This document shows, piece by piece, positions 1-8,849 of a DNA stretch of 32,000 nt. Location of the stretch: assembly GCF_000146505.1 (NCBI RefSeq), contig NC_017448.1:2970001-3002000 (forward strand), given 5' to 3'. The translations under genes were made by a program, and so were the position numbers. Below the pieces are notes generated by a model, which searched no databases, was not told where the DNA came from, and saw nothing but the letters and a program-made list of their open reading frames with translations. The DNA is from Fibrobacter succinogenes subsp. succinogenes S85 (lineage in GTDB: Bacteria; Fibrobacterota; Fibrobacteria; Fibrobacterales; Fibrobacteraceae). Numbering within the stretch: position 1 is the stretch's first letter; each line of letters opens with the position of its first letter.

Positions 1-1
1 C

Positions 2-349
2 CATGCCGTGGAACAGCTCTTCTGGGAACTTGGACAGCGCTTGCCGAGCTACATCCGTGGCGAAGACATCCCGTGCCGCTATTCCGATGACGTGTTCTGC
101 GTGATTATGCCGGGCGCCGACCTCAACATCACGAGAAACCGTGCCGAACGCATCCGTAATGAAATCTCGCAGCTCCAGATCGCTTACGGCGAAGGAATCC
201 TCGCAACCACGCTCAGCATGGGCGTTGCTGTGATGCCGACCCACGCAAATGATGCCGGCTCGCTCATCTACACCGCAGAAGCCTCCCTCCAGATGGCCAT
301 GCAGGCCGGTGGCAACCGCGTCGTCGTCGCAAACTCTGTGATGAAGTAA
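2..349 (+). CDS. GGDEF-domain protein, C-terminal part (5' end lies outside the window); GG(D/E)EF motif degenerate (SDDVF)
   Basis: The frame is open from the window edge. The translation ...YIRGEDIPCRYSDDVFCVIMPG...LSMGVAV...AEASLQMAMQAGGNRVVV follows the canonical diguanylate-cyclase layout RxxD-x5-GG(D/E)EF ... SxGxA ... A(D/E).AL..AK..G(R/G)NR. A hairpin terminator follows the stop. Confidence 0.8.
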   Translation, partial: HAVEQLFWELGQRLPSYIRGEDIPCRYSDDVFCVIMPGADLNITRNRAERIRNEISQLQIAYGEGILATTLSMGVAVMPTHANDAGSLIYTAEASLQMAMQAGGNRVVVANSVMK

Positions 350-374
350 GCGTCAATCCAGTTAAGTCTTGTAA

Positions 375-398
375 AGCCTCCCTCGGGAGGCTTTTTTA
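375..398 (+). terminator. Rho-independent terminator of the GGDEF gene
   Basis: Stem agcctcc (375-381), loop ctcg, stem ggaggct (386-392), then a T-run to 397, about 25 nt after the stop. Confidence 0.75.
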
Positions 399-634
399 TA
401 TGTATAGTCGTGCTAAAATGGAAGTGGACTTCCTAGTTAGTGCGAATTTTTAAATTTAGACCGGAAAAAATGCGTGATTTGGGCGATTTTAGCCCGGAAA
501 AAGTGCTGAAAAGTGTGGAAAATACCTTTATGTTGAAATAATGGAATTTTCAGCTATTTTCTATATTGAAATTTTGTAACTTTTGGTGTATTTTTATATT
601 GAATTTTTGGAATATTTCTTAAAGAGGCGAATAA

Positions 635-1969
635 GTGTTGTTCAAACGTAAGGTTTACGATAAGTTGCTGGAATGGAAAAAGTCTTATTCGGGACGGTAC
701 GCTTGCTTGTTGGAAGGAGCCCGTCGTGTGGGAAAAAGTACCATTGCTGAGGAATTTGCGAAAAATGAGTATGACTCCTATATTGTAGTGAATTTTGCAA
801 ATATAACGGAGGAAATGCTTGATGTTTTCAAAGATATAGCGAAGTTGGATGTTTTTTTCTTGCGACTTCAGGCTGAATCGGGAATATCCCTCAAGGAACG
901 AAAATCTGTCATTATTTTTGATGAAATCCAGCTGCAACCCAAAGTTCGGCAGGCTATCAAGTTCTTGGTAAAGGATGGTCGTTACGATTATATTGAAACT
1001 GGATCACTCATTTCTATAAAGAAAAATGTTCAGGGGATTGTAATCCCCTCAGAAGAACATCGGATAAGTGTGTATCCCATGGATTATGAGGAATTCATGT
1101 GGGCTATAGGGAAGGACCCGAATACCATCCGAGAGATTTATAAGGCGAATACGGCTATTGGAAACTCGACAAACAGAAGTTTAATGCGAGATTTTAGGCT
1201 TTATATGGCTGTAGGCGGTATGCCCCAGGCCGTAGAAGCGTATATTCAAAAAGAAAATTTTGAATATATCGATAATGTAAAAAGAAAAATATTAAATCTG
1301 TATTTTGAGGATTTGAAAAAAATTGATCCGACAGGTCGATTGTCTAATATTTATAAGGCAATTCCTAGCCAATTAGCCTTAAAAAAGAAACATTTTGTCC
1401 TATCTTCTGCGATTGGAAAACGGCAAACCACAAAAGATGAAAGTCGTTTCTTTGAATTATTGGATTCAAAGACTGTTCTTTGTTGTTATCATGTTGCTAA
1501 TCCCGATTCGGCCCTTGCTCAAACAAAAGATTTGGACCGATTTAAACTGTACGCGTCTGATACCGGGTTGTTTATTTCTTTGATGTTCGACGATTCGAAA
1601 CAAGCTAATGAAATATATGCAAAACTTTTAAGCGACAAATTGGATGCTGATCTTGGTTATCTGTATGAAAATGTTGCAGCCCAAATTATTACCGCTAGTG
1701 GCAAAGAACTTTATTACCATACCTGGTTGAAAGAAAACAGTTCCCATTATTTTGAAATAGATTTTTTGCTTTCTAAAGGAAACAAAATTATTCCTCTGGA
1801 AATTAAGTCTTCTGCTACACGAAACCACGAATCTATTGAAAACTTTGTAAACAAATATTCTAAAAAAATATACAAGGAATATCTGTTTTCTCAAAAGGAT
1901 GTTGCTCATGTGGGACAATTGCTGTTAAAACCGCTGTATTTGCTGCCTTTTATGTTGGAAGAATTTTAG
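635..1969 (+). CDS. AAA+ ATPase with C-terminal DUF4143 (PD-(D/E)XK-like) domain
   Basis: Walker A GARRVGKST and Walker B VIIFDEIQ are present. The C-terminal EIDFLL...IPLEIKSS is a D...ExK nuclease-like motif typical of the AAA_14+DUF4143 family. GTG start at 635 (or TTG at 638), with aaagagg 8-14 nt upstream. Confidence 0.85.
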   Translation: MLFKRKVYDKLLEWKKSYSGRYACLLEGARRVGKSTIAEEFAKNEYDSYIVVNFANITEEMLDVFKDIAKLDVFFLRLQAESGISLKERKSVIIFDEIQLQPKVRQAIKFLVKDGRYDYIETGSLISIKKNVQGIVIPSEEHRISVYPMDYEEFMWAIGKDPNTIREIYKANTAIGNSTNRSLMRDFRLYMAVGGMPQAVEAYIQKENFEYIDNVKRKILNLYFEDLKKIDPTGRLSNIYKAIPSQLALKKKHFVLSSAIGKRQTTKDESRFFELLDSKTVLCCYHVANPDSALAQTKDLDRFKLYASDTGLFISLMFDDSKQANEIYAKLLSDKLDADLGYLYENVAAQIITASGKELYYHTWLKENSSHYFEIDFLLSKGNKIIPLEIKSSATRNHESIENFVNKYSKKIYKEYLFSQKDVAHVGQLLLKPLYLLPFMLEEF

Positions 1970-2055
1970 TTTTTAGTGATAATTATCTTTGAAAGTAAAG
2001 AATCTTAAACAAATGGGGCTGAAATTGGTGTGATGACCATCACATTTCCGATGTT

Positions 2056-2076
2056 TATATTCCAAATTGGAATATA
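2056..2076. promoter_or_regulatory. Perfect 10-bp inverted repeat TATATTCCAA-a-TTGGAATATA upstream of the pilin-like gene
   Basis: Read directly from the sequence. The half-site TTGGAATATA recurs at 2181-2190, and TTGGAATATT occurs at 607-616 upstream of the ATPase gene. Confidence 0.35.
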
Positions 2077-2314
2077 AAAAACAGATGAAAATCCCTTTTT
2101 CGTAAAAAATTATCTATATATAGTTCATCGGAAAGTTTGGTTAATATTTGCGAAATTTTGCGAAAAACGGCACTTTTAAGTTGGAATATACTGAGTCATG
2201 ACAAAAACGTGACAAAAGTATTGCTTTTCGGAAAAAAAGTGGATATATTACTGAATGTAAACGAGCAATAACGCTCAAAACAAGAATGTGTCACAAAAAC
2301 AAGGAGAACACACT

Positions 2315-2818
2315 ATGAAGAAGCAAGGTTTTACCCTTATTGAATTGATGGTCGTTATCGTGATCATGGGCATTCTCGCCGCCGTCGCAGTGCCGAAACT
2401 GTTCGGTATGATCGCTAAGTCCAAGGCATCTGAAGTCGGTCCGGCAGCCGGTACCTACGTGAAGTTGCAGGATGCTTATGTTGCAGAAAGCGGTGTCTAT
2501 GTTGGCAACTGGAAAACGATCGGCTATAATATGCCGGGTAGTAACAACTTCACCTATGCGGAAAAAGATTTGACTGCAAATACAACTACCCTTGCTGGTC
2601 TTTCTGCAAAAGTTGGTTGGAAAGCAACGAATAATTCCAAGCTTAACGACTGCGTAAAGGATTCTGAATGGGATATTTCCATTTCCGAAGCTGGAACTGA
2701 CGACGCTTCAAAGGGATCCCCCATTGCATATAGTGCAACAACTCCGTCAAAGAGTGGTGATGATGATACCAGTGATTGCGCTGCTCTTACCCCGAACTTC
2801 ACAAAGATCGGCAAGTAA
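2315..2818 (+). CDS. Type IV pilin-like protein (prepilin N-terminal cleavage/methylation domain)
   Basis: MKKQ-G|FTLIELMVVIVIMGILAAVAVPK is the GFxxxE prepilin signature. A C-terminal Cys pair (NDC...SDCAALTPNF) fits a pilin disulfide loop. aaggag lies 8-13 nt upstream of ATG 2315, so the track start at 2288 is rejected. The gene has its own terminator. Confidence 0.85.
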   Translation: MKKQGFTLIELMVVIVIMGILAAVAVPKLFGMIAKSKASEVGPAAGTYVKLQDAYVAESGVYVGNWKTIGYNMPGSNNFTYAEKDLTANTTTLAGLSAKVGWKATNNSKLNDCVKDSEWDISISEAGTDDASKGSPIAYSATTPSKSGDDDTSDCAALTPNFTKIGK

Positions 2819-2847
2819 TCGTTTGCTATAGAACAATTACAAAAAAG

Positions 2848-2876
2848 GCTCCTCTCCAAAAGAGGAGCTTTTTTTT
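2848..2876 (+). terminator. Rho-independent terminator of the pilin-like gene
   Basis: Stem gctcctct (2848-2855), loop ccaaa, stem agaggagc (2861-2868), then T8 (2869-2876). Confidence 0.85.
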
Positions 2877-3095
2877 GTATCATCGAAAGTCTTGTTTCAA
2901 TGTTCTTCAAAACTGATTTGTCTATAGCCTCAAAATCGGATACCAACTTCACAAAATGCACCGCATTCAGCTTGGAAAAACAATATTTTCCCGAACGAGA
3001 AAAATCATCGTTCCGGCCGGCAATATTTTCTGAAATATTCCCGAGTGGGAATATTTTTATGCGCATTTTCATGCTTTAAAGTTTGGACTGTCAAA

Positions 3096-3127
3096 AACGT
3101 TAAAAGCCCTCCTGTCGGGAAGGCTTT
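3096..3127 (-). terminator. Possible (weak) terminator of the Rpn-like gene
   Basis: On the minus strand: aaagccttccc-gaca-gggagggcttt with one mismatch, followed by TTTTAACGTTTTT. It lies about 25 nt after the stop at 3151. Confidence 0.4.
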
Positions 3128-3150
3128 AGTTGTGCCATAATCGTATACTG

Positions 3151-4182
3151 TTATTTATCGGCTTTAGTTGCCAGCGTCTTTTGTAGGTCCAATATTTTTT
3201 CTTTAGGTAGATGCGAATATTTTACGATTTCTTCAATGGGTTTGTCATCTGCGAGCATGTCAAGCGCAGTTGCTGTACGCTCGTTATCACGCCCTTTTTC
3301 AAAGCTTTCATCAATAGCATCACTATATGCATAGAGAAAATCTTTCATATTCGCCTGCCTGATTAAGAGTTCATCGCTTGCCGTATCGCATTCAATTCGC
3401 CTTAGAGCATCTTCGAAAGTGGGATTGTCAAATTCCGGTAGCGAACTTGAAGAACCTGCATTCTTCAATATGTAAAGCCAACGGTCTTCATCCGTTTCGA
3501 GTTTGTCTTTCGACTTGTCAAACTTGGTAAGGTCTACAATAATATACTTATTTTTCGTAGAAATTGGAATGCAGCTTTCCTTGCCGACACTGGACAGGTT
3601 ATAAAGGCCGACTTCATCTCTATAAACATTCTCCATAAACTGAACAGGGTAATCCATAATCCAAATAGAATAGATTTCCGGTAATTTGTAGCGGAACATT
3701 TTCTTTTGGGCGTCTGGCATATTCTGAAAGTCAATTTCCTTATTGTAGTCGTTCTTTGCCCGCAACAGCAAAAAAGCATTGTATATCATCATTCGGTCAA
3801 TGTAATCGTTCAATTTGAGCTTTTGCATTTCAACATCAATCCGCTTTCCCGCTTTGGTCTTAGCACCTATATCAAACTTAACACGGTATGGTTCAGGCAA
3901 ATGAAAAATTTCGTCCTGTTGAACGGTATAAGTCAGTGACTGAATTGCATTTTCGCCTTCAAAATGCAGAATTGCGTTCAGAAAGTTCACGAGCGCGTCT
4001 TCGCTGTCAAGCAGAGCCCTAAATGCGGGATCGCATCGAGGATCCAAATATTTTTGCCCCTCGAACTTTTTCCTAGCGCTTTCGACATCATTTATTCGGT
4101 CGTATGTTTCGAACAAAGATTCGTCATCTATATTCATTCTAAAATCTCCATTTTTATGAACGAAGAAACTTTCTCCATCCAT
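3151..4182 (-). CDS. Rpn/YhgA-like PD-(D/E)XK nuclease family protein ('putative transposase' PDDEXK_2 type)
   Basis: N-terminal YLDPRCDPAFRALLDSEDALVNFLNAIL... and the core FDIGAKTKAGKRIDVEMQK (D...D/E-x-Q/K) match my memory of this family. The start could instead be the internal MNIDD. Confidence 0.7.
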   Translation of the reverse strand: MDGESFFVHKNGDFRMNIDDESLFETYDRINDVESARKKFEGQKYLDPRCDPAFRALLDSEDALVNFLNAILHFEGENAIQSLTYTVQQDEIFHLPEPYRVKFDIGAKTKAGKRIDVEMQKLKLNDYIDRMMIYNAFLLLRAKNDYNKEIDFQNMPDAQKKMFRYKLPEIYSIWIMDYPVQFMENVYRDEVGLYNLSSVGKESCIPISTKNKYIIVDLTKFDKSKDKLETDEDRWLYILKNAGSSSSLPEFDNPTFEDALRRIECDTASDELLIRQANMKDFLYAYSDAIDESFEKGRDNERTATALDMLADDKPIEEIVKYSHLPKEKILDLQKTLATKADK

Positions 4183-4246
4183 ATAGTTAACACGTTTTTT
4201 TGGAGATTTTGGCTCACCTAATTTTGAAAAACTTTTGTAAAAAAAA

Positions 4247-5446
4247 CTAGTTCAATATCACGAACGGAACCCATCGCTTGTAGAATCGTTCCTGAAATTT
4301 AATAGGGGATAAGATGGGGTTATGGTCTCCTTGAATGATGAATCTTGTTTTGGGATGCTTACTGGCTAGATTGGCTATTTGTGTGAGTGTGTTGGTGAGT
4401 AGCTTTGTATAGGCAGAGTCAACTGCATTTGGATTGCTATTATAAATGCTAGTGAATCCTAACAATGGAAATTTTGTATCCAAGGTTGTCCATGCAATAA
4501 AATGCTTTTGCGCTGTGTCTGCGAGTAGGCTATCAATTTTGCTAATTACTTGAACATCGTTTAATATACTGTTGTTTGCATCTTTTCCGTAAATGGCTTC
4601 GTTAAAACCAATGTTCTTGATATACTTGTATCTTAGATGTTCTAGGCTGTCGCTCCCGAAAATGAATGTTGTCTTGTAGCCGATGCTGTTAAATACTTTG
4701 GGTAGAAATGTTGTGTCGCGTTTTCTGGTGATGGAGTCGCGTGTGATTGATTGAATTAAATCTTCTCGTTCGGCTGTGCGGGTGCGGCTGTACATGCGAT
4801 TGTGAATGCCTACAACGGTTGGGTTGTTGAATACTTTTAACTGCTCTTCGAATCGCTGAATGTCTAGTGGAACACCCCAGCTTTCAACAAGGATGATGAC
4901 GTTGTTGCGGGTTGTGTCTATATAATCACGAGTAATGGTCACTGAATCCGTAACTGTGAACCTATCGTTAAATTTGTTGGCGATTTTTGTGCGTTGGATT
5001 GGCTTGGGTGCGGATCTTTCTAAATAGTCGATTGTTGGAAATTGTGCGAGCGGTTGCGCTGCATATCGGTTGTTCGCTTCTAAATGCAGAATTAGTGCAA
5101 CGAAGAGAATGAAACATATTGCATTGAATTTGAAAGGCTTGATTTGCCAAACCATCGCGATGGCGAGTCCACAAGTGACGAATGGAATCAATCCGTACCA
5201 ACCTGTGCTCCAATTTTTTATGGCTAGGAGATTCTGTAAATCAATCCAGGCGATTATGAAAAGTAATGCGATTGATGGTATTAGGAACCATCGTATTTTT
5301 TTGAAAAATACGATAAAGAGCAGAATTGCAAAATATTCGAAGCCAAATAATCCGCGAACGATATCCTGCCCTTTTTCAAACGTGAGTAAGAATGGAACGA
5401 TTGTGATGAGTGCGCTTGCAATCAGCGGGTAGAGTAATTTTTTCAT
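4247..5446 (-). CDS. Membrane-anchored LtaS/sulfatase (alkaline-phosphatase superfamily)-like transferase
   Basis: About four N-terminal TM helices are followed, in family order, by VIILVESWG, RTRTAERE, LPKVFNSIGYKTTFIFGSD...NIGFNE and RFIIQGDHNP. These resemble the metal, nucleophile and GDH motifs of LTA-synthase/phosphoglycerol-transferase enzymes. The ATG overlaps the upstream stop (TAATG) and ggaggg sits upstream. Confidence 0.6.
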   Translation of the reverse strand: MKKLLYPLIASALITIVPFLLTFEKGQDIVRGLFGFEYFAILLFIVFFKKIRWFLIPSIALLFIIAWIDLQNLLAIKNWSTGWYGLIPFVTCGLAIAMVWQIKPFKFNAICFILFVALILHLEANNRYAAQPLAQFPTIDYLERSAPKPIQRTKIANKFNDRFTVTDSVTITRDYIDTTRNNVIILVESWGVPLDIQRFEEQLKVFNNPTVVGIHNRMYSRTRTAEREDLIQSITRDSITRKRDTTFLPKVFNSIGYKTTFIFGSDSLEHLRYKYIKNIGFNEAIYGKDANNSILNDVQVISKIDSLLADTAQKHFIAWTTLDTKFPLLGFTSIYNSNPNAVDSAYTKLLTNTLTQIANLASKHPKTRFIIQGDHNPILSPIKFQERFYKRWVPFVILN

Positions 5447-6243
5447 TATTTACCCTCCGCTTGTTGAACGCTTGAATTGACAAGTCTGTATTTAAAGAAT
5501 GTCATATCACCAATAGACTTGAGTGTGTCAACGGCTACGCTGTCATAATAGTGGCGCTGCAAAAATCCTGCAAGACCAGGCTCGTTTAGAACGATGACAT
5601 TGTCTTTAATGACGTCTTTTATAGGATTTGTGATGTAGAATTCATTGAGGGCGTCGGTTACTTCGGGTAAATAGGGTGTCCAATATCCGAAAGATACAGT
5701 GCGTTTGAATGAACCTGCTGGTGTTGCTAAATAGGGCGGATTGCGGTGGTGGCTGAATCGCATGAATGCGTTCATTGAAAGCATGAACATCTTGTCGGGT
5801 TGATTATCTATATAATCGAAAACTTGTGTGTAATCTGTGGAATCTTTGATGGTTATTGTTCCTGCATCTCCACTAGTAGGATTTCTTATTGTTGTACCTG
5901 TTGTTGCGTATGAAAATATGTTTATTAAAGCAATTATGCATAGTATAGATAAGGTGATTGTTTTAGATAACTTTTGTTTAAATTGACCAAATTGAGGAAT
6001 AGCTAGGATTGTTGCGTATAACCAAAATCCGCTTTCTACTCGGTATACAACTCGACCTATTGTGATTAAATAGGCTATTAATGTTAATATAAGTATTAAA
6101 GAACACCAAGAATAGAATGTTTTTTTTGAATTTGTAAAATAAATGAATAAACAGAAGATAAACCAAATCCAAAAACTGGAGAATGAATGGAATGAGAAAG
6201 AGCTTTTAATAGATTGTGTGGAATTATGTGAATTGAACTTTTG
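5446..6243 (-). pseudogene. 266-codon open frame with no ATG/GTG/TTG before Met at 5790; probably a frameshifted or degraded continuation of the upstream membrane-protein gene
   Basis: My manual translation of the frame ending at 5446 is open up to 6243. It encodes TM-like segments (FYSWCSLILILTLIAYLITIG, GFWLYATILAIPQF, TITLSILCIIALINIF), then a soluble tail. The first canonical start is ATG 5788-5790. A T8 run (A8 on the coding strand) lies at 6120-6127. Confidence 0.35.
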
Positions 6244-6277
6244 TCATTGTATTGTTGCACGATTTTTGTGTAGCTTT

Positions 6278-7168
6278 CTAGACTATCAATTGCAAAACTT
6301 TGGTGTCATAAAAAATCCATTCTGTTAATAAATGGAAATCTTTTCCTGATAAGCCAAGTTCTTCTGCGTCTTCGTAAACGGCGTTTTTATTGTAGTTGTT
6401 TTTATCTCCCAAAATAACGCGAGGACTTTGAAATTTATTGAAGGCTTCGTAAGCGGGGGACTGGTAAATCTTTTGGTCGAATGCGTGCATGCTGAATGCA
6501 CCTGCAAAAAGAATTGCGAGACCTGCAATGACGTGCCACTTGGCAGACCAGCATTCGCGTAGAATAAAAAGTAGTCCGAGGCAAAAGAAAGGCAAACCCA
6601 TCAGGAACGCTTGCCAACGCATTACAGAACCCCAAAGCATTAATGCTACGCCTAAAATAAACGGAGCTAAAGCTTGAATGTTTCCCCAAACGTCATTGCG
6701 AGCCCCGTTAGGGGCGTGGCAATCCTGTGAAATAATGCCATATGCAAATAACAACATTCCTGCAGCGCTCAAAATAGAGGCACATTGCGTAAATTGAACC
6801 ACCAAATAAAAATCACTTGCGAAAAGGGCGGTAAATAGAGCTGCTAAAATAGCCCCCCAATGTTCTCCGCATCGCTGTAATAATATGAATCCAATGACTG
6901 TGAACGAGAGAAAAACCGAGAACATTTCGCCAATGTAATACCAGCCTATTGCGGGAAATAGGTGGTAAAGAGGCAAAAGAGCGTATCCGTAAATGGCATT
7001 AACGAAAATCAAGTGCGGGTTATAATCGGTGCCGAGAGCGCCTGTGAGCCGAGCAGCCATAAAGTAGTCGTCAATTGCCCCGAATTTGAGGTCTCCGAAA
7101 AGGAGGCATAATGCTAAAAAGAACAGATTGATGACTAAAGAGTATGTGAGTGCGCGTTTAAAAGGCAT
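6278..7168 (-). CDS. Polytopic inner-membrane protein (GT-C-like or Wzy-like; family not recognised), possibly truncated
   Basis: There are about 8 hydrophobic segments. An acidic DDYF motif follows the first TM (LKFGAIDDYFMAARL), as in the first periplasmic loop of GT-C glycosyltransferases. The gene sits in a glycan locus. Confidence 0.55.
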   Translation of the reverse strand: MPFKRALTYSLVINLFFLALCLLFGDLKFGAIDDYFMAARLTGALGTDYNPHLIFVNAIYGYALLPLYHLFPAIGWYYIGEMFSVFLSFTVIGFILLQRCGEHWGAILAALFTALFASDFYLVVQFTQCASILSAAGMLLFAYGIISQDCHAPNGARNDVWGNIQALAPFILGVALMLWGSVMRWQAFLMGLPFFCLGLLFILRECWSAKWHVIAGLAILFAGAFSMHAFDQKIYQSPAYEAFNKFQSPRVILGDKNNYNKNAVYEDAEELGLSGKDFHLLTEWIFYDTKVLQLIV

Positions 7169-7193
7169 AACGAAAATATATATTATCTATGTA

Positions 7194-7961
7194 ATGTCTA
7201 TACCCAAGATAATTCATTATTGCTGGTTGAGCGGCGACCCTTACCCGGAGTTGGTCCAATTTTGTATGCAGAGCTGGAAGGAAAAACTTCCAGATTATGA
7301 TTTTGTTCTTTGGGACAAAAGTCACTTTGATATTCACTCTGTGCCGTGGGTGGAACAGGCGTGCTTTGCGAAAAAGTGGGCTTTTGCAGCCGATTACATC
7401 CGTCTCTACACACTCTACAATTATGGTGGAATCTACTTGGACAGTGATGTGGAAGTACTCAAGCCGTTTGATACTTTGCTGGATAGAAAATATTTCTTTG
7501 GGCGGGAACATACTCCTGATTCCATTGAAAATCAGGAATCGATTGAAGCTGCAACTTTTGGTTCGGAAAAAGGTCTGTCATTCATAAAAAGTGTTATGGC
7601 TTTTTATGAAAAACGTGATTTCTGTGACAAAAACGGCTTTTTGAACACGACAACACTACCAACTGTTATGGCGAGATGTTTGCGCGGTAATCCTCTTGAA
7701 GTATTCCCTATGGACTATTTTAGCCCTAAAAATACACGAACGTTAGCATTGGAAACGTCGAAAAACACCTACAGTATTCATCATTTTAATGGTTCTTGGC
7801 ATTCTTTGGCTCAACAAAAACACGTTGCTCTGAGAACCAAACTTTGCAAAGTATTTGGTGAACGAGTGGGTGAAATATTGGCGTCTTTTTGTGCTGTTTT
7901 TATAAATTTTCGTTACGAAGGGGTGTTTGTTACGATGAAAAAAATATTGGCAAAGTTATAA
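7194..7961 (+). CDS. GT32-type glycosyltransferase (DXD sugar-binding region / capsular synthesis type)
   Basis: IPKIIHYCWLSG...LPDYDFVLWD...FAADYIRLYTLYNYGGIYLDSDVEVL, with DSD as the DXD motif. The start is taken as ATG 7194, because the track start at 7086 would overlap the divergent gene. Confidence 0.8.
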   Translation: MSIPKIIHYCWLSGDPYPELVQFCMQSWKEKLPDYDFVLWDKSHFDIHSVPWVEQACFAKKWAFAADYIRLYTLYNYGGIYLDSDVEVLKPFDTLLDRKYFFGREHTPDSIENQESIEAATFGSEKGLSFIKSVMAFYEKRDFCDKNGFLNTTTLPTVMARCLRGNPLEVFPMDYFSPKNTRTLALETSKNTYSIHHFNGSWHSLAQQKHVALRTKLCKVFGERVGEILASFCAVFINFRYEGVFVTMKKILAKL

Positions 7962-7972
7962 CGGAATGGAAT

Positions 7973-8839
7973 ATGACAATATCGTGTGTTATTGTAAATT
8001 ATAATGATGCCGTTACGACAAAAAAATTGGTTAAACGGATTGAGGATTATCATTCTCTTAATTATGTTGTCATTGTTGATAACAACTCGCAGGATGATTC
8101 CGTGGCGCAATTAACCACGCTTGTTTCATCTAAGGTTGTTTTGATTAATGCAGAAAAAAATGGTGGTTATGGTTTTGGAAATAATCTTGGTGTTGAGTAT
8201 GCGTATGAAAAATTAAGATCGGATTATGTATTAATTGCTAATCCTGATGTTGAATTTGATGAATCTTGTTTGCTCAAACTTCTTGAATCGTTGAAAAAAA
8301 ATGAAAATGCCGCAATTTCTGCAGGACCTCAGATGAATGTGGATGGACGCCCTTGGCGAGATGTATCTGTGTGGAAGTATATTCTCAATATGAGCTTGTT
8401 TTTTGATGAATGGTTACATATTCGCTCGTATTCCTATAAGTTTTTTGAAGGAAAACAAGAATGTTTAGTATATGCAGTTCCTGGATCCTTGCTGTTAGTT
8501 GATGCCAAAAAGATGATGGAAGTTGGTGGCTATGATGAAGATTTCTTTCTTTATTATGAAGAACATGTGCTTGCTGAAAAAATGAAAAAAGCTGGCTATG
8601 GAACGGTTTTTAGACTTGATGCTGGTTATATTCATAATCATCATGTTAGTATTAGGAAGGCGTTTAAGAAATGGGGGCCACAACGGTTGTTGAGATGCAA
8701 AAGTTGCATGTTGTTTTTGAAAAAGTACAAGAATGTTTCTTGCTACACATTGTTGCTTGCGAAGTTATTTGTTCAATATGTGAAAATTGAAATGTTTTTC
8801 TATGATTTCTATCGCTGGATAAAACCCCTTAAGAAGTAA
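7973..8839 (+). CDS. GT2-family glycosyltransferase
   Basis: ISCVIVNYNDAVTTKKLVKRIED...VVIVDNNSQDDS...NGGYGFGNNLG...LIANPDVEF is the classic GT2 (rhamnosyltransferase-like) N-terminal fold pattern. Start at ATG 7973. Confidence 0.8.
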   Translation: MTISCVIVNYNDAVTTKKLVKRIEDYHSLNYVVIVDNNSQDDSVAQLTTLVSSKVVLINAEKNGGYGFGNNLGVEYAYEKLRSDYVLIANPDVEFDESCLLKLLESLKKNENAAISAGPQMNVDGRPWRDVSVWKYILNMSLFFDEWLHIRSYSYKFFEGKQECLVYAVPGSLLLVDAKKMMEVGGYDEDFFLYYEEHVLAEKMKKAGYGTVFRLDAGYIHNHHVSIRKAFKKWGPQRLLRCKSCMLFLKKYKNVSCYTLLLAKLFVQYVKIEMFFYDFYRWIKPLKK

Positions 8840-8849
8840 TGGTGGAATT

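Noticed and set aside
554-937. 127-aa minus-strand ORF across the start of the AAA+ ATPase gene
   Set aside because: It overlaps the well-supported ATPase CDS (Walker A lies within the overlap) and extends through AT-rich intergenic DNA. No motifs are present.
2554-3072. 172-aa minus-strand ORF
   Set aside because: It runs antisense through the pilin CDS and straight through the pilin terminator hairpin. Only about 64 codons are outside the pilin gene and they have no recognisable features.
7086-7193. Upstream extensions offered by the ORF track: 7086 for GT32, 7889 for GT2, 2288 for the pilin, 18080 for DUF3791, 21248 for the oxidoreductase and 23630 for wecE
   Set aside because: The extensions overlap neighbouring genes or add non-homologous, low-quality N-termini. 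Internal ATGs coincide with the conserved family N-termini, and for the pilin with an SD sequence.
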